Shown here in pieces: positions 47,317-56,735 of a stretch of DNA of 64,000 nt; the stretch's first letter is position 1, and every line of letters begins with the position of its first letter. Made by a program: the position numbers and the translations under genes. The stretch spans positions 533,646 to 597,645 of the forward strand of contig JANXDH010000004.1 in the NCBI GenBank assembly GCA_025059745.1, read 5' to 3'. Source of the stretch: Aigarchaeota archaeon. GTDB lineage: Archaea > Thermoproteota > Nitrososphaeria_A > Caldarchaeales > Calditenuaceae. Under the pieces are notes generated by a model. The model did no database searches, was not told the DNA's origin, and saw nothing but the letters and a program-made list of their open reading frames with translations.

Positions 47317-47694
47317 TCAGAGCTCACCAATTATGAAGAAGTCCATGGTGGAAAGTATGCCTATCACGCGTCTCTCCTCGTTAACGACCGGAAGGTGGCC
47401 GATGTTGTGCGCCCTCATTATGTTCAGGGCCTCCACGGAACTCACGTCCGGGGTCACCGTTATGGGGTTCTTGGTCATGTGAAGCTCAACCCTTTCATCG
47501 AAGTTGACGTTGTTTATCACGTACCTGATCACGTCGCGTTTCGTAACTATGCCCACGCTTCTCCCAGACTCATCTACTATCGGGACCGCACCGATCTTGT
47601 TCCTGTACATCAACTCCACGACCTGCCTGAGCGTAGAGTCGGGTCTGGCAGTTATGACCTTCATGGTCATGAAGTCCTTGACCTTACGCGGCAC
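47317..47694 (-). CDS. CBS domain pair protein
   Basis: Two CBS motifs (MTMKVITARPD...GAVPIVDESG; MTKNPITVTPD...GHLPVVNEERR). 125 aa. Confidence 0.85.
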   Translation of the reverse strand: MPRKVKDFMTMKVITARPDSTLRQVVELMYRNKIGAVPIVDESGRSVGIVTKRDVIRYVINNVNFDERVELHMTKNPITVTPDVSSVEALNIMRAHNIGHLPVVNEERRVIGILSTMDFFIIGEL

Positions 47695-47820
47695 ACCTCG
47701 TCTAAGTTATATGCGCCTCTAATTAAACCATGTTATAAGATTATGGTCAATTTAGAGATTGGATGGCCGTCTATCGATGAGGCTACCTATTTAAGTAGCT
47801 ACGAATCAGAATAAGGTGGC

Positions 47821-48225
47821 TTGACTAGGGGAGTCACACAGCAGATCTTTACGGGCTTCCGGAAGGAAGCCAGGGTGAGGCTGAGGGTCAAATCTGGGAA
47901 GGGGAACGTCTTCATAAACGGCACACCCCTCCACCTCCTCGGGGACGAGATAGCTCGAGAGAAGATCATGACGCCCCTCAGGATGGACGAGAAGTTCTGG
48001 AAAAGCCACGACTTCTTTCTCCACGCGGAGGGCGGAGGCATGATCGGTGTCGCCGATGCAGTAGCTCAGGCCATTGCTAGGTCGATCGCTGCGAGCAACC
48101 CGGCAACAAAGGAGAAGATCATGGGGTACAATCGCTACCTACTCGCGGGGGACCCGAGGAGAACCGAGCCGAAGAAACCGAACAGGAGGTCCGCGAGACG
48201 GTTCAAACAGAAGAGCTACAGGTGA
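47821..48225 (+). CDS. rps9: 30S ribosomal protein S9 (uS9)
   Basis: GGGMIGVADAVAQAIARSI...LLAGDPRRTEPKKPNRRSARRFKQKSYR C-terminal uS9 signature. 134 aa. Confidence 0.9.
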   Translation: MTRGVTQQIFTGFRKEARVRLRVKSGKGNVFINGTPLHLLGDEIAREKIMTPLRMDEKFWKSHDFFLHAEGGGMIGVADAVAQAIARSIAASNPATKEKIMGYNRYLLAGDPRRTEPKKPNRRSARRFKQKSYR

Positions 48226-48237
48226 TAGGCGGCCTTA

Positions 48238-49380
48238 TCATCTGATCACCTTGCGCCAGAGTATTATGGAGGCCGAGGTCTGTAAAAGTAGCGCGTATAA
48301 CAGGACGATGGGTAGACCTAAACTCACGTCAACGAAGTAACCGAAGACTACACCTGCAGTTAGCGCTCCGCCGCCGTAGGCCGTCCCCAAGATACCATAC
48401 GCGGCGCCCAGACCTGAGCGGTCGACTAACAGGGCTACCGCGGACCTGAAGACGGACTCGTGAGCTCCAATAACGACACCAATCAAGACGCCCGCTATTA
48501 CTAAAGAGGAAACGTCACCGTACATCAGTACCGCCGGGATCACAGATAGCGGCATCATAGGGATCAGGGTTTTGATCTCGTATTTATCGAAGAGTCTGCC
48601 TAGAACGACGGCCGCCACTGCATCAGTCAGCATTATCACCGTATACGTAGCGGGAGTCAACCATCCTACGCCCTGAGAGTTCAGGGAGACCAAGTATAGT
48701 AGGAGGGGCGCGGGAATGAGCCCGGTCGCGGTCAGGTACGTCACCAACGACAGGTAAGCGAGCCTCGCCCTTGGCAACGTCACCAGTCTTTTGTTATCAA
48801 CTCTCTCGCGCTCACCTCCTCTGAAAACTGGGAGAAGCATCAGGACACTCAACAGCGTGACGTAGGGGGCGAGGAGAACGTAGAAGGGCATACGGAGGTC
48901 ATTAAAGGTAAGCAACATGAGCGTGACAGTCAGCGGCCCGAGAACAGCGCCCAACTGGTCCAATAACTCATGTATGCCGAAAGCAGTCCCGAGCTTGACG
49001 TCCTTACGGAGAAGGACGATACTTGCGTCCCTGGCGGGAGCCCTAATGCCTCTCGCTATCCTCTCCACGAATATCAGCAGCACCAGCAGCGATAACTCGT
49101 TGACAAAACCCATGAGCGGTACGACTATCAGCAGGCCGTAGCCCGCCCTCATCACTACGTCGTATCTTCTCGTGCGGTCGCTTAGGAACCCTCCGACCGG
49201 CCTCGACAACCAACCAGCCAGCTCGGCGAGTCCGAACACCAGACCGATCAGTGCGGCACCCACGCCCATAGTCATCATGTAGCTAGGGAGCACCGACCTC
49301 GCGCCCTCATAGATGAAGTCGCCGAGGAGACTGATCAGACCTATTATCAGGATCGCACGATAACCCGTGTCGAGTCTCAA
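48238..49380 (-). CDS. MFS transporter
   Basis: 12 predicted TM helices, with an MFS-type loop 2-3 motif (GFLSDRTRRYD). 380 aa. Confidence 0.75.
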   Translation of the reverse strand: MRLDTGYRAILIIGLISLLGDFIYEGARSVLPSYMMTMGVGAALIGLVFGLAELAGWLSRPVGGFLSDRTRRYDVVMRAGYGLLIVVPLMGFVNELSLLVLLIFVERIARGIRAPARDASIVLLRKDVKLGTAFGIHELLDQLGAVLGPLTVTLMLLTFNDLRMPFYVLLAPYVTLLSVLMLLPVFRGGERERVDNKRLVTLPRARLAYLSLVTYLTATGLIPAPLLLYLVSLNSQGVGWLTPATYTVIMLTDAVAAVVLGRLFDKYEIKTLIPMMPLSVIPAVLMYGDVSSLVIAGVLIGVVIGAHESVFRSAVALLVDRSGLGAAYGILGTAYGGGALTAGVVFGYFVDVSLGLPIVLLYALLLQTSASIILWRKVIR

Positions 49381-49444
49381 TTTATGTCCCCCAATAGCGT
49401 CTCGTATTTATAGAGGTTCTGCGCTCTTATTCCAGACTCCACGT

Positions 49445-49657
49445 ATGATGTTCCCAATAAGGTGCTTCTCCTGCGGATCTCCAATAGGGGACAAGTGGGA
49501 TGAGTACAAGTCGATGATTGACTCGGGTACCGAACCGTCCAAGGCCCTTGACAAACTGGGGATAACCAGATACTGCTGCAGGAGGATGTTCATAAGTCAC
49601 GTGGACGTGATGGAGGACCTAGTGAAGTTCCACTCGCTCTACGGTACCGGTGTTTGA
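49445..49657 (+). CDS. rpoN: DNA-directed RNA polymerase subunit N (Rpb10 homolog)
   Basis: MFPIRCFSCGSPIGDKWDEY...LGITRYCCRRMFISHVDV with the CX2C...CC zinc motif. The ORF track starts at 49367, but the conserved protein begins at the internal Met. Confidence 0.8.
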   Translation: MMFPIRCFSCGSPIGDKWDEYKSMIDSGTEPSKALDKLGITRYCCRRMFISHVDVMEDLVKFHSLYGTGV

Positions 49658-50925
49658 GCTTGACCGCTTACGTTAAGGAGATCAAGGCCAGGGCGATCTT
49701 CGATAGCAGGGGAGACAAGACCATCGAGGTGGAGGTGAGGGTCGACGGGGGGATAGGTGTGGCGTCGGTACCCTCAGGGAAGAGTAGGAGCCTCAAGGAG
49801 TGCGAGCCCTATCCCAAGGGGGGAGTGGAGGAGGCGCTCTCAGTAGTGAGATCTGTCATAGCGCCGAGGATAAGGGGGTTGGACGTCTCGAGGTTCGGCG
49901 CGATCGACTCGGAGTTATCGGAGATAGACGGTTCTACGAGGTTCGAGAGAATAGGTGGGAACACCGCACTGGCCACATCCGTTGCAACAGCGAAGGCAGT
50001 GGCTACCTCGAGGGGTGTACCTCTCTACAGATACCTCTCAGAGGAGCTCTCGGCGGACGTGAGGCTTCCGTTACCTCTCGGAAACATCTTGGGTGGGGGT
50101 AAGCACGCAGGGAGCGGTGCCCCCGACTTTCAGGAGTTCCTCGTCATACCGCTGAACTGCAAATCCATTCACGAGGCCTTAGAGGCGAACATGATAGCAC
50201 ACAAGGCGTTGGGAAGCCTGCTCTCTCTATCAGTGCCGGGTTACGCGCTCGGGAGGGGTGACGAGGGCGCGTACGCGCCGCCCCTAGATAACGTCGAGTC
50301 ACTCGAGGTCGTGAAAGCGGCGGTCGATCTCGTAGAGCGCGAGAGGGGCGTAAAGTTGGGGATCGGCCTCGATATCGCCGGATCTAACCTCTACGACCCT
50401 CGCAGGAGACTTTATTCGTTGCGATCCCAGGGTCTCTACCTGAGCAGAGAGGACTACCTCGCGTTCATATCTGAGCTCGCCGATGAGTACAACTTGGTTT
50501 ATATTGAGGACCCCGTCTGGGAGGAGGACTGGGAGTCATTCGTCGACCTCACGAGGAGTTTGAAGAGAACACTCGTCTGCGGAGACGATCTGTTAGCCAC
50601 TAGGGCGGAGCTTATAGGAGAGTACTCCAAGAGGGGGGCGATAAAGGCCGCGATAATCAAACCCAATCAGGTCGGAACCTTATCTCTGACATGGGCGGCA
50701 GTCAAGGCCTCCTTATCCAACGACATTGTCCCAGTCTCTTCGCATAGGTCCGGCGAGACAGACGACGCGTTCATATCACACATAGCAGTGGGGACGGGCT
50801 GCAAGGTGCTGAAGGCGGGCGTGGTCGGGGGCGAGAGGGTAGTCAAGGCTAACGAGCTCTTGAGGATAGCAGAGACGGAGGCAGATCGCGGGAGCCCAGC
50901 CACAATTTGGGAGCTTCACCTCTGA
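49654..50925 (+). CDS. eno: enolase (phosphopyruvate hydratase)
   Basis: IKARAIFDSRGDKTIEVEV N-terminus, SGETDD and KPNQVGT catalytic motifs. 423 aa. Confidence 0.9.
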   Translation: MSLTAYVKEIKARAIFDSRGDKTIEVEVRVDGGIGVASVPSGKSRSLKECEPYPKGGVEEALSVVRSVIAPRIRGLDVSRFGAIDSELSEIDGSTRFERIGGNTALATSVATAKAVATSRGVPLYRYLSEELSADVRLPLPLGNILGGGKHAGSGAPDFQEFLVIPLNCKSIHEALEANMIAHKALGSLLSLSVPGYALGRGDEGAYAPPLDNVESLEVVKAAVDLVERERGVKLGIGLDIAGSNLYDPRRRLYSLRSQGLYLSREDYLAFISELADEYNLVYIEDPVWEEDWESFVDLTRSLKRTLVCGDDLLATRAELIGEYSKRGAIKAAIIKPNQVGTLSLTWAAVKASLSNDIVPVSSHRSGETDDAFISHIAVGTGCKVLKAGVVGGERVVKANELLRIAETEADRGSPATIWELHL

Positions 50926-50998
50926 TGCGTCAGACCGTCCTCATACTTATTAGATACCAATTGAAGTAAAATGAAAAAGGGGGAACGAGTGAGCGGGA

Positions 50999-51628
50999 TT
51001 GAGCGAGGAGGTAGAGGCGACGTTCGGGGCTGAGCTGCAGGAGCTGCTGGTGAAGAGCGGCGCACATCTGGGCGCGAAGATAAAGGTCAAGCACATGGAG
51101 AGGTTCATCTACAAGTTGAGGGCGGACGGGATCTACCTGATAGACGTCAAGAAGATACTGAACAAGTTGAACATGGCTGCACGCATGATAACCATGCACG
51201 ACCCCAAGAAAGTAGTAGTCGTGACGACCCACGTCTACGGGATCAAGGCAGTGAACAGGTTCTGCGAGCTCACTGGCTGTACACCGATCGCCGGAAAGAT
51301 CCCTCCTGGGACCTTCACAAACAGGGTACTGAGCTACTACCTAGAGCCAGAGCTACTGCTGGTCTCGGACCCGCGTTACGACGCGCAGGCGGTCTTCGAG
51401 GCGAAGGTCGCTAGGATCCCGGTGATTGCGATGTGCAGCACCGACAACGTTTACAGCAACGTCGACGTAGTCATACCCATAAACAACAGGGGACGAACCT
51501 CACTACCTTTCGCGTTCTGGTACCTTGCCAGACAGGTGCTGATCGAGAGCGGCCGCGCAACGCCTGAGCTGCTGAGCAACATGACCATAGACCAGTTCAC
51601 CGCTCAACCCGTCGAGGGCGAGGAGTGA
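50999..51628 (+). CDS. rps2: 30S ribosomal protein S2 (uS2)
   Basis: LLVKSGAHLGAKIKVKHMERFIY...DGIYLIDV and VVVTTH...PIAGKIPPGTFTN uS2 colinearity. TTG start. 209 aa. Confidence 0.85.
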   Translation: MSEEVEATFGAELQELLVKSGAHLGAKIKVKHMERFIYKLRADGIYLIDVKKILNKLNMAARMITMHDPKKVVVVTTHVYGIKAVNRFCELTGCTPIAGKIPPGTFTNRVLSYYLEPELLLVSDPRYDAQAVFEAKVARIPVIAMCSTDNVYSNVDVVIPINNRGRTSLPFAFWYLARQVLIESGRATPELLSNMTIDQFTAQPVEGEE

Positions 51629-51629
51629 T

Positions 51630-54260
51630 TTACTCCGGTTGGTGGGGCCTGTGCCTCAAGTAGATCAAGGTCATCAAGGCCGCCACGATAGATATTAAGA
51701 GGACGCTGTACGGCCCGAGGGGGACAGTACGCCTCTGTGGTGAGGTCGTTGGGTCTATTGAGGATTCGCTCCTCAAACCCCCGAAGGTGATTGTCAAGGA
51801 CTTACCGTAGGGCGAGACTGGACCGAGACGGACGACACCGTCCCAGCTCGTTACACCCTCTGACTCTACGAACCCGTCCTCTCTGCTTACGGTCACAGAG
51901 AGCATGGGGGCGGGGAGATGGAACAGGTCCTTCAGAGTGAACTCTATGTAGTAGAGCCTCACCCCCACCCTTACCTCCCCCGAAGCCGCATCGACCGATC
52001 TCTGGTCCGTGACGTCGGCCCCTCTCCATATCGACCTCTGGACAGTCCATCTGCCTTCCCTCAACCATATTATACTCCCAGAATGATGAGATACGAATTC
52101 CCCGCCAGGTCCTATGAGTTCAAAGGTCACCGAACCCGAGGTGCCTGTGCGCGGCTCCTCGATAAGCAGGGACAGGACCTCCTTGACGTAACGAGCGGTT
52201 AGCGATAACGGGCGCGTGACCACCGCTGAGACGTTCACGAGCTCTGTGATCAGGTCACCGCTCCAGTGCCTGAAGGAGAGACGCTCCCGATCGCTCAAGT
52301 AGATGAACTCCGGCGCACTGAACGACACCTCTGAGCCCTGAGTGACCCAGAACCTCTGGGACTTTAGGGGTTCGGGATAGTTTATCGATATTAGGTGCTC
52401 TAGGGTCCAGATTGCTCGTACCCTCATCGGTCTATCCACTCTCACCTCGACCACCCTCTCGACAGAGGTGACGTCACCCTCCCACTTCTTGAAGATCGCC
52501 CGAGTAGAGTCCGATAGGTAACTGATCTGATCGGCAGAGACGATGGCCCTTGACCCCATGAGGTACCATCCCTCACCGCTGACTGATCCGACGCCGGATA
52601 TTAGGTCGAGGTAGTACTCCACGTCGTACCTCGCGATAGCGGTGATGGGCCTGACGACCCTGACCTCCAAGACCGTAGACCTGAGGTTGAGGCCACCCTC
52701 CCAAGACCTGAATACGGCTCTGGTCATGTTATCCCACTCAATATATCGAGGGTACTCGATCGTCAGCGTATCTCCCCTATCGATCCAGACGGTTTTATTG
52801 AGGTTGCCGTGAGTCGACCAGAGGGAGACTAGGTACTGCGTCGTCCACTCGGCGTACAGTCTCTTCGGCCCGTCGATCAACAGTCGCACCCTCGGTCCTT
52901 TCATCGCGTAATCTCCGGTGAATCCCGAGAGCTGGATCCTGGTCATGTTCATAAGGTCCACCGTAGACGGTTCTACCCACACCTCGGCTACTCCCCCCTC
53001 ATCGTACCAACCAGCACCGCGGGTGCTGCCATGTGCGGTGAATACGTCAACCTTGAATTGCCTCACCCACGTCGCGGTGACCTCGACAGGCCCTCTGACG
53101 ACGATCCTCAGTGTGTTTATCGTGGAGCCGAATGTACCGACCCACCTATCGAACCTTAACCTAGAGACCTCGCTTATCGGGACTACGCTGGGAACCTCTA
53201 AGTCTATAATGCTCTCCCTATCGAACCAATCAGTTAAGTCCCTCGTGAAGGTCCCGGCCACCCTAACCAGATATTGGGTCCTATAGTCTTGAACGACCTC
53301 CATGTGGTATCTCGGTCTGATTACTATCTCAGGAGAACTCGAGACGGCCCTTCCACCGATCGACCATCCGATGAACCTCATCCTAGTTGAACTATCGACA
53401 CCTACGATCTCATCACTCCTAAGAGTGATGGACTGACCAGGCTCGACGAGGAGTACTTCTAAAGGTATGAGGCCACTACCATCCACCCTGCGATAGATCT
53501 TGACGGAGAGCTTGATCGGGTACCCCTGTACGTCGAGCAGATAGAACATCGGTATCTCGGCTGGCAGGGTGACCCTCGACGGTACGTTCTCAAAGACGTT
53601 CGTAGCCATCCAGCGGTAAGCTACGGCCAGTGAATAGAGCTCAAGCGTGGACGGCCTGCTACCAGGGACCACGTACCTACACATTATGCTCCTGCAGTTC
53701 GTGGTGTGACCTATGCCGAGCGCGTGGGCGAATTCGTGGGCCGCCACCACCTTCGTGATCTCCTCATCGCCCCTCGTACACGACAACGAGATAGCTATGG
53801 ACGCGTTCACTATCTCCGTCCCCGCCCTGAAGATGTAGGCGACACCGCAGATACCCGAGCCCAACGTCTCAACGTACCTCATCCTGATGTCTCCCGAAGA
53901 ACCGTTAACGCCGTAGATCAGCACGTTGATCTTGAGCTCCTCCAAGTAGTTGTAACCGAAGAGAGCGGTGAATATCGGTATGGCGGTGATCCACCACCTC
54001 ACGCCCTCCGCCGCCCAGACCGTGTAAGCGTGTTCCTGGTGGGGATAGATGAGAACGTTCAGTTCCCTCTTCCTCCAAGAGCCCAGCAGATCTATCACGC
54101 CATCCTCTTGTCTCTGTTCGGTGAGGTTCGCGGGAGGACTCTCGTAGGTGATCGCGTGTGAGGACGATTGAAAGTCGTGGCCACCGTCAACAGGATGAAG
54201 AATAAGTATCACGAAAACAATTAAAATGAGCGTGATCGGTACCGCTCTCAAACACCTCAA
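51630..54260 (-). CDS. secreted, C-terminally membrane-anchored metzincin-type zinc metalloprotease with ~6 tandem beta-repeat domains
   Basis: N-terminal signal peptide, HEFAHALGIGH (HExxHxxGxxH), then ~65-aa repeats each with F-x2-W-x-G ... GxGWY motifs (InlB B-repeat-like). C-terminal TM helix PLGPYSVLLISIVAALMTLIYL. 876 aa. Confidence 0.65.
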   Translation of the reverse strand: MRCLRAVPITLILIVFVILILHPVDGGHDFQSSSHAITYESPPANLTEQRQEDGVIDLLGSWRKRELNVLIYPHQEHAYTVWAAEGVRWWITAIPIFTALFGYNYLEELKINVLIYGVNGSSGDIRMRYVETLGSGICGVAYIFRAGTEIVNASIAISLSCTRGDEEITKVVAAHEFAHALGIGHTTNCRSIMCRYVVPGSRPSTLELYSLAVAYRWMATNVFENVPSRVTLPAEIPMFYLLDVQGYPIKLSVKIYRRVDGSGLIPLEVLLVEPGQSITLRSDEIVGVDSSTRMRFIGWSIGGRAVSSSPEIVIRPRYHMEVVQDYRTQYLVRVAGTFTRDLTDWFDRESIIDLEVPSVVPISEVSRLRFDRWVGTFGSTINTLRIVVRGPVEVTATWVRQFKVDVFTAHGSTRGAGWYDEGGVAEVWVEPSTVDLMNMTRIQLSGFTGDYAMKGPRVRLLIDGPKRLYAEWTTQYLVSLWSTHGNLNKTVWIDRGDTLTIEYPRYIEWDNMTRAVFRSWEGGLNLRSTVLEVRVVRPITAIARYDVEYYLDLISGVGSVSGEGWYLMGSRAIVSADQISYLSDSTRAIFKKWEGDVTSVERVVEVRVDRPMRVRAIWTLEHLISINYPEPLKSQRFWVTQGSEVSFSAPEFIYLSDRERLSFRHWSGDLITELVNVSAVVTRPLSLTARYVKEVLSLLIEEPRTGTSGSVTFELIGPGGEFVSHHSGSIIWLREGRWTVQRSIWRGADVTDQRSVDAASGEVRVGVRLYYIEFTLKDLFHLPAPMLSVTVSREDGFVESEGVTSWDGVVRLGPVSPYGKSLTITFGGLRSESSIDPTTSPQRRTVPLGPYSVLLISIVAALMTLIYLRHRPHQPE

Positions 54261-54313
54261 CCTATAGTTGAAGGGATTTAAGGTTTATGACGTAGGTACG
54301 GGATCTCAGTTAC

Positions 54314-55327
54314 GTGGACGCACCAAAGCTCGCGGTCTATGCGAGCCACTCGGCTCTACAGATAATCACCGGTGGAAGGAGAGAGGGGCTAAACGTCACG
54401 CTCTTTGGACCGGCGGAGAGGCTGACTTTCTATCGGAGGTTTAGGGCCCTGCAAATGAGTACGCTGGAGTGCACCAACGAGGACTGCATAGAGAAGTTAA
54501 ACTCTCTGAGTGACCACGTGGTCGTTCCAAACGGTAGTCTGGTGGAGTACGTCGGTGCAAAGAACGTCCTAGAGTTGAAGACGCCCCTCATCGGCTCGAA
54601 GGGTCTCTTGTGGATCGAGAGCCGCTGGAACCGGAAGATGAACCTCCTGATGGACGCCGGTCTACCGGTCCCCAAGTGGTTCTCGAGACCCGAGGAGGTA
54701 GACAGGTTGGTCATAGTGAAGTTGCCTGGCGCGAAGGGCGGGCGGGGATACATACTGACGGACTCACCCGGAGAGATAAACGAGTCCCTGAGGGAGTACG
54801 TGAGAAAGGGTATCATAAGCGACGCATCGGAGGCCTACATACAGGAGTACGTCGTCGGTATCCCGGTCTACGCCCACTACTTCATGAGTCCCATAATGAA
54901 CAGATTAGAGATAACGGGATTCGATGTGAGATACGAGACGAACGTCGACGGCCTCAGGCGTCTGAGCCACAGGAGAGCCGCTGAGATCAAACCTAGCTTC
55001 GTCGTAGGGGGCAACTTTCCGGTATATTTACGTGAGAGCCTCATAGAAACGTACATAGAGTGCGGTGAGAGGTTCGTCGAGGCCACCGGAAGGTATCTGG
55101 GGAAACCCGTCGTGGGCCCGTTCTGCCTCGAGTCCGTGGTGACCGAGGACCTGACGCCGGTCTTCTTCGAGTTCTCAGGGAGGATAGTCGCAGGTACCAA
55201 CGTATACATGGACGGGAGTCCTTACCTCGAGTTTTACTGGGGTGAGAGGATGAACGTGGGCCAGAGGATCGCGAGGGAGGTGAGGCTCGCGGCAGAACAG
55301 GGTCGCATCGATGAGGTGGTGACCTGA
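54314..55327 (+). CDS. purP: 5-formaminoimidazole-4-carboxamide ribonucleotide (FAICAR) synthetase PurP (ATP-grasp)
   Basis: Colinear with archaeal PurP: YASHSALQI, VVPNGSLVEYVG, GSKGLLWIESRW, KLPGAKGGRGY, YETNVDGL, YLRESL, VGPFCLE, AGTNVYMDGSPY, GQRIAREV. 337 aa. Confidence 0.85.
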   Translation: MDAPKLAVYASHSALQIITGGRREGLNVTLFGPAERLTFYRRFRALQMSTLECTNEDCIEKLNSLSDHVVVPNGSLVEYVGAKNVLELKTPLIGSKGLLWIESRWNRKMNLLMDAGLPVPKWFSRPEEVDRLVIVKLPGAKGGRGYILTDSPGEINESLREYVRKGIISDASEAYIQEYVVGIPVYAHYFMSPIMNRLEITGFDVRYETNVDGLRRLSHRRAAEIKPSFVVGGNFPVYLRESLIETYIECGERFVEATGRYLGKPVVGPFCLESVVTEDLTPVFFEFSGRIVAGTNVYMDGSPYLEFYWGERMNVGQRIAREVRLAAEQGRIDEVVT

Positions 55328-55454
55328 TCTGAGGACCATATCCATCTCATGCATCGCGAGCCACTCTGCCCTCGACGTATTCGATGGGGCGAAGGACGAG
55401 GGTTTCCGGACAATTGCGCTCTGCCAGGTCGGGAGGTCCAAGGTCTACCAGACA

Positions 55455-56384
55455 GTGAGAGAGACGGTGGACGAGTGTCTTGTATTACCGAATTACGCGA
55501 AGATCATCGAGGACGAGGTCCAGGCCGAGCTGTTGGGGAAGGACGCGGTGATAGTGCCCAATCGCAGCATGGCCGTCTATGTAGGATACGACAGGATAGA
55601 GGAGAGGCTTAGGGTCCCTGTATTCGGTAACAAGAAGATGCTGAGGTGGGAGGAGCGAGTCGGCGGGAAGAACTACTACGCGCTGCTCGACTCCGCAGGC
55701 ATTCGAAGGCCGAGGGTGATGAGGATCGAGGAGGTCGACGGTCCAGTGATATTGAAGGTCCAGGAGGCCATGAGGGAGCAGGAGAGGGCCTTCATAATAG
55801 CCTCTGACAGAGAGGACCTAGAGCGTAAGATAGAGTCTATGAGGTCTAGGAACCTCATCAGCGAGGAGACGCTGAGACGCTCGGTCATCGAGGAGCTCGT
55901 ACTTGGTGCACACTTCAACATAAATTACTTCTACAGCGTCGTCAGAAGGAGGTTGGAGATAGTAAGCATAGACCGGCGCATACAGTCTAACTTGGACGGA
56001 CTCCTCCACCTTCCAGCGAGGGATCAGCTCGACCTCCGGGCACCCGTCCGCATGATCGAGGTTGGTCACGTCCCCGTCAGCCTCAGGGAGAGCCTCTTGG
56101 AGGAGGCGATGGAGATCGGTGAGAGGTTTGTGGATGCCACACGCAGATTAGAACCGCCCGGCATAATAGGTCCCTTCACCCTACAGGTGATGGTGTCGCC
56201 CGATCTGAAGATGATCGTCTATGACGTCGCGACTAGGATAGGCGGTGGTACCAACGCGCAGATGGGGATAGGCGGACAGTACTCTAAGCTCTTCCTTAGA
56301 AAGGCGGTCTCTATGGGCCGTAGGATATGTATTGAGTTGAGGGAGGCTCTAGAGTCGAGCGCTTTGACCTCTGTTACAAGTTAA
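55455..56384 (+). CDS. purP: PurP paralog (FAICAR synthetase family); annotated from the first in-frame canonical start, which truncates the conserved N-terminus (possible frameshift/pseudogene)
   Basis: Same motif set as the upstream paralog (VVPNRSMAVYVG, GNKKMLRWEER, YESNLDGL, SLRESL, IGPFTLQ, GGTNAQMGIGGQY). Conserved IASHSALDVFDGAKDEGF is encoded in-frame upstream (55341-55454) without an ATG/GTG/TTG. Confidence 0.6.
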   Translation: MRETVDECLVLPNYAKIIEDEVQAELLGKDAVIVPNRSMAVYVGYDRIEERLRVPVFGNKKMLRWEERVGGKNYYALLDSAGIRRPRVMRIEEVDGPVILKVQEAMREQERAFIIASDREDLERKIESMRSRNLISEETLRRSVIEELVLGAHFNINYFYSVVRRRLEIVSIDRRIQSNLDGLLHLPARDQLDLRAPVRMIEVGHVPVSLRESLLEEAMEIGERFVDATRRLEPPGIIGPFTLQVMVSPDLKMIVYDVATRIGGGTNAQMGIGGQYSKLFLRKAVSMGRRICIELREALESSALTSVTS

Positions 56385-56735
56385 TCAGAGCAGCCTGAGG
56401 TGTCCGGTAATCGGTGTCAGTAACTCTTCTGGCGCCGGCCCGATCCCGATCGATGTTACGGTGCCGGGCTCAAGTTGAGTGAGCCCCGCGTCCTCGACCG
56501 AGGAGTAGGGCAGGCCGGCCCTCTCCGCGGACCTCGCGATCTCGAGCAACTCGTCTAGGGAGTCTACCCTGAGGACCACCTTCTTTTGGCCCTCTAAGAG
56601 CCACCGCTCTGCCCACTCCGGTCTGGACCTAGTCGTGACCAAGTAACTGGAGACCGCTGCGTGTGCTACCTGCGCCGCCATCTTTCCACGCCCCATACCG
56701 AGATCGGTCCTAACTATCAAGACCTGCTTGAACAT
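56385..56735 (-). CDS. pth2: peptidyl-tRNA hydrolase, archaeal/eukaryotic PTH2 type
   Basis: KQVLIVRTDLGMGRGKMAAQVAHAAV signature. 116 aa. Confidence 0.9.
   Translation of the reverse strand: MFKQVLIVRTDLGMGRGKMAAQVAHAAVSSYLVTTRSRPEWAERWLLEGQKKVVLRVDSLDELLEIARSAERAGLPYSSVEDAGLTQLEPGTVTSIGIGPAPEELLTPITGHLRLL

Noticed and set aside
54430-55209. Minus-strand ORFs inside purP (54430-54816, 54877-55209)
   Set aside because: Antisense to a well-supported PurP gene, with no motifs.
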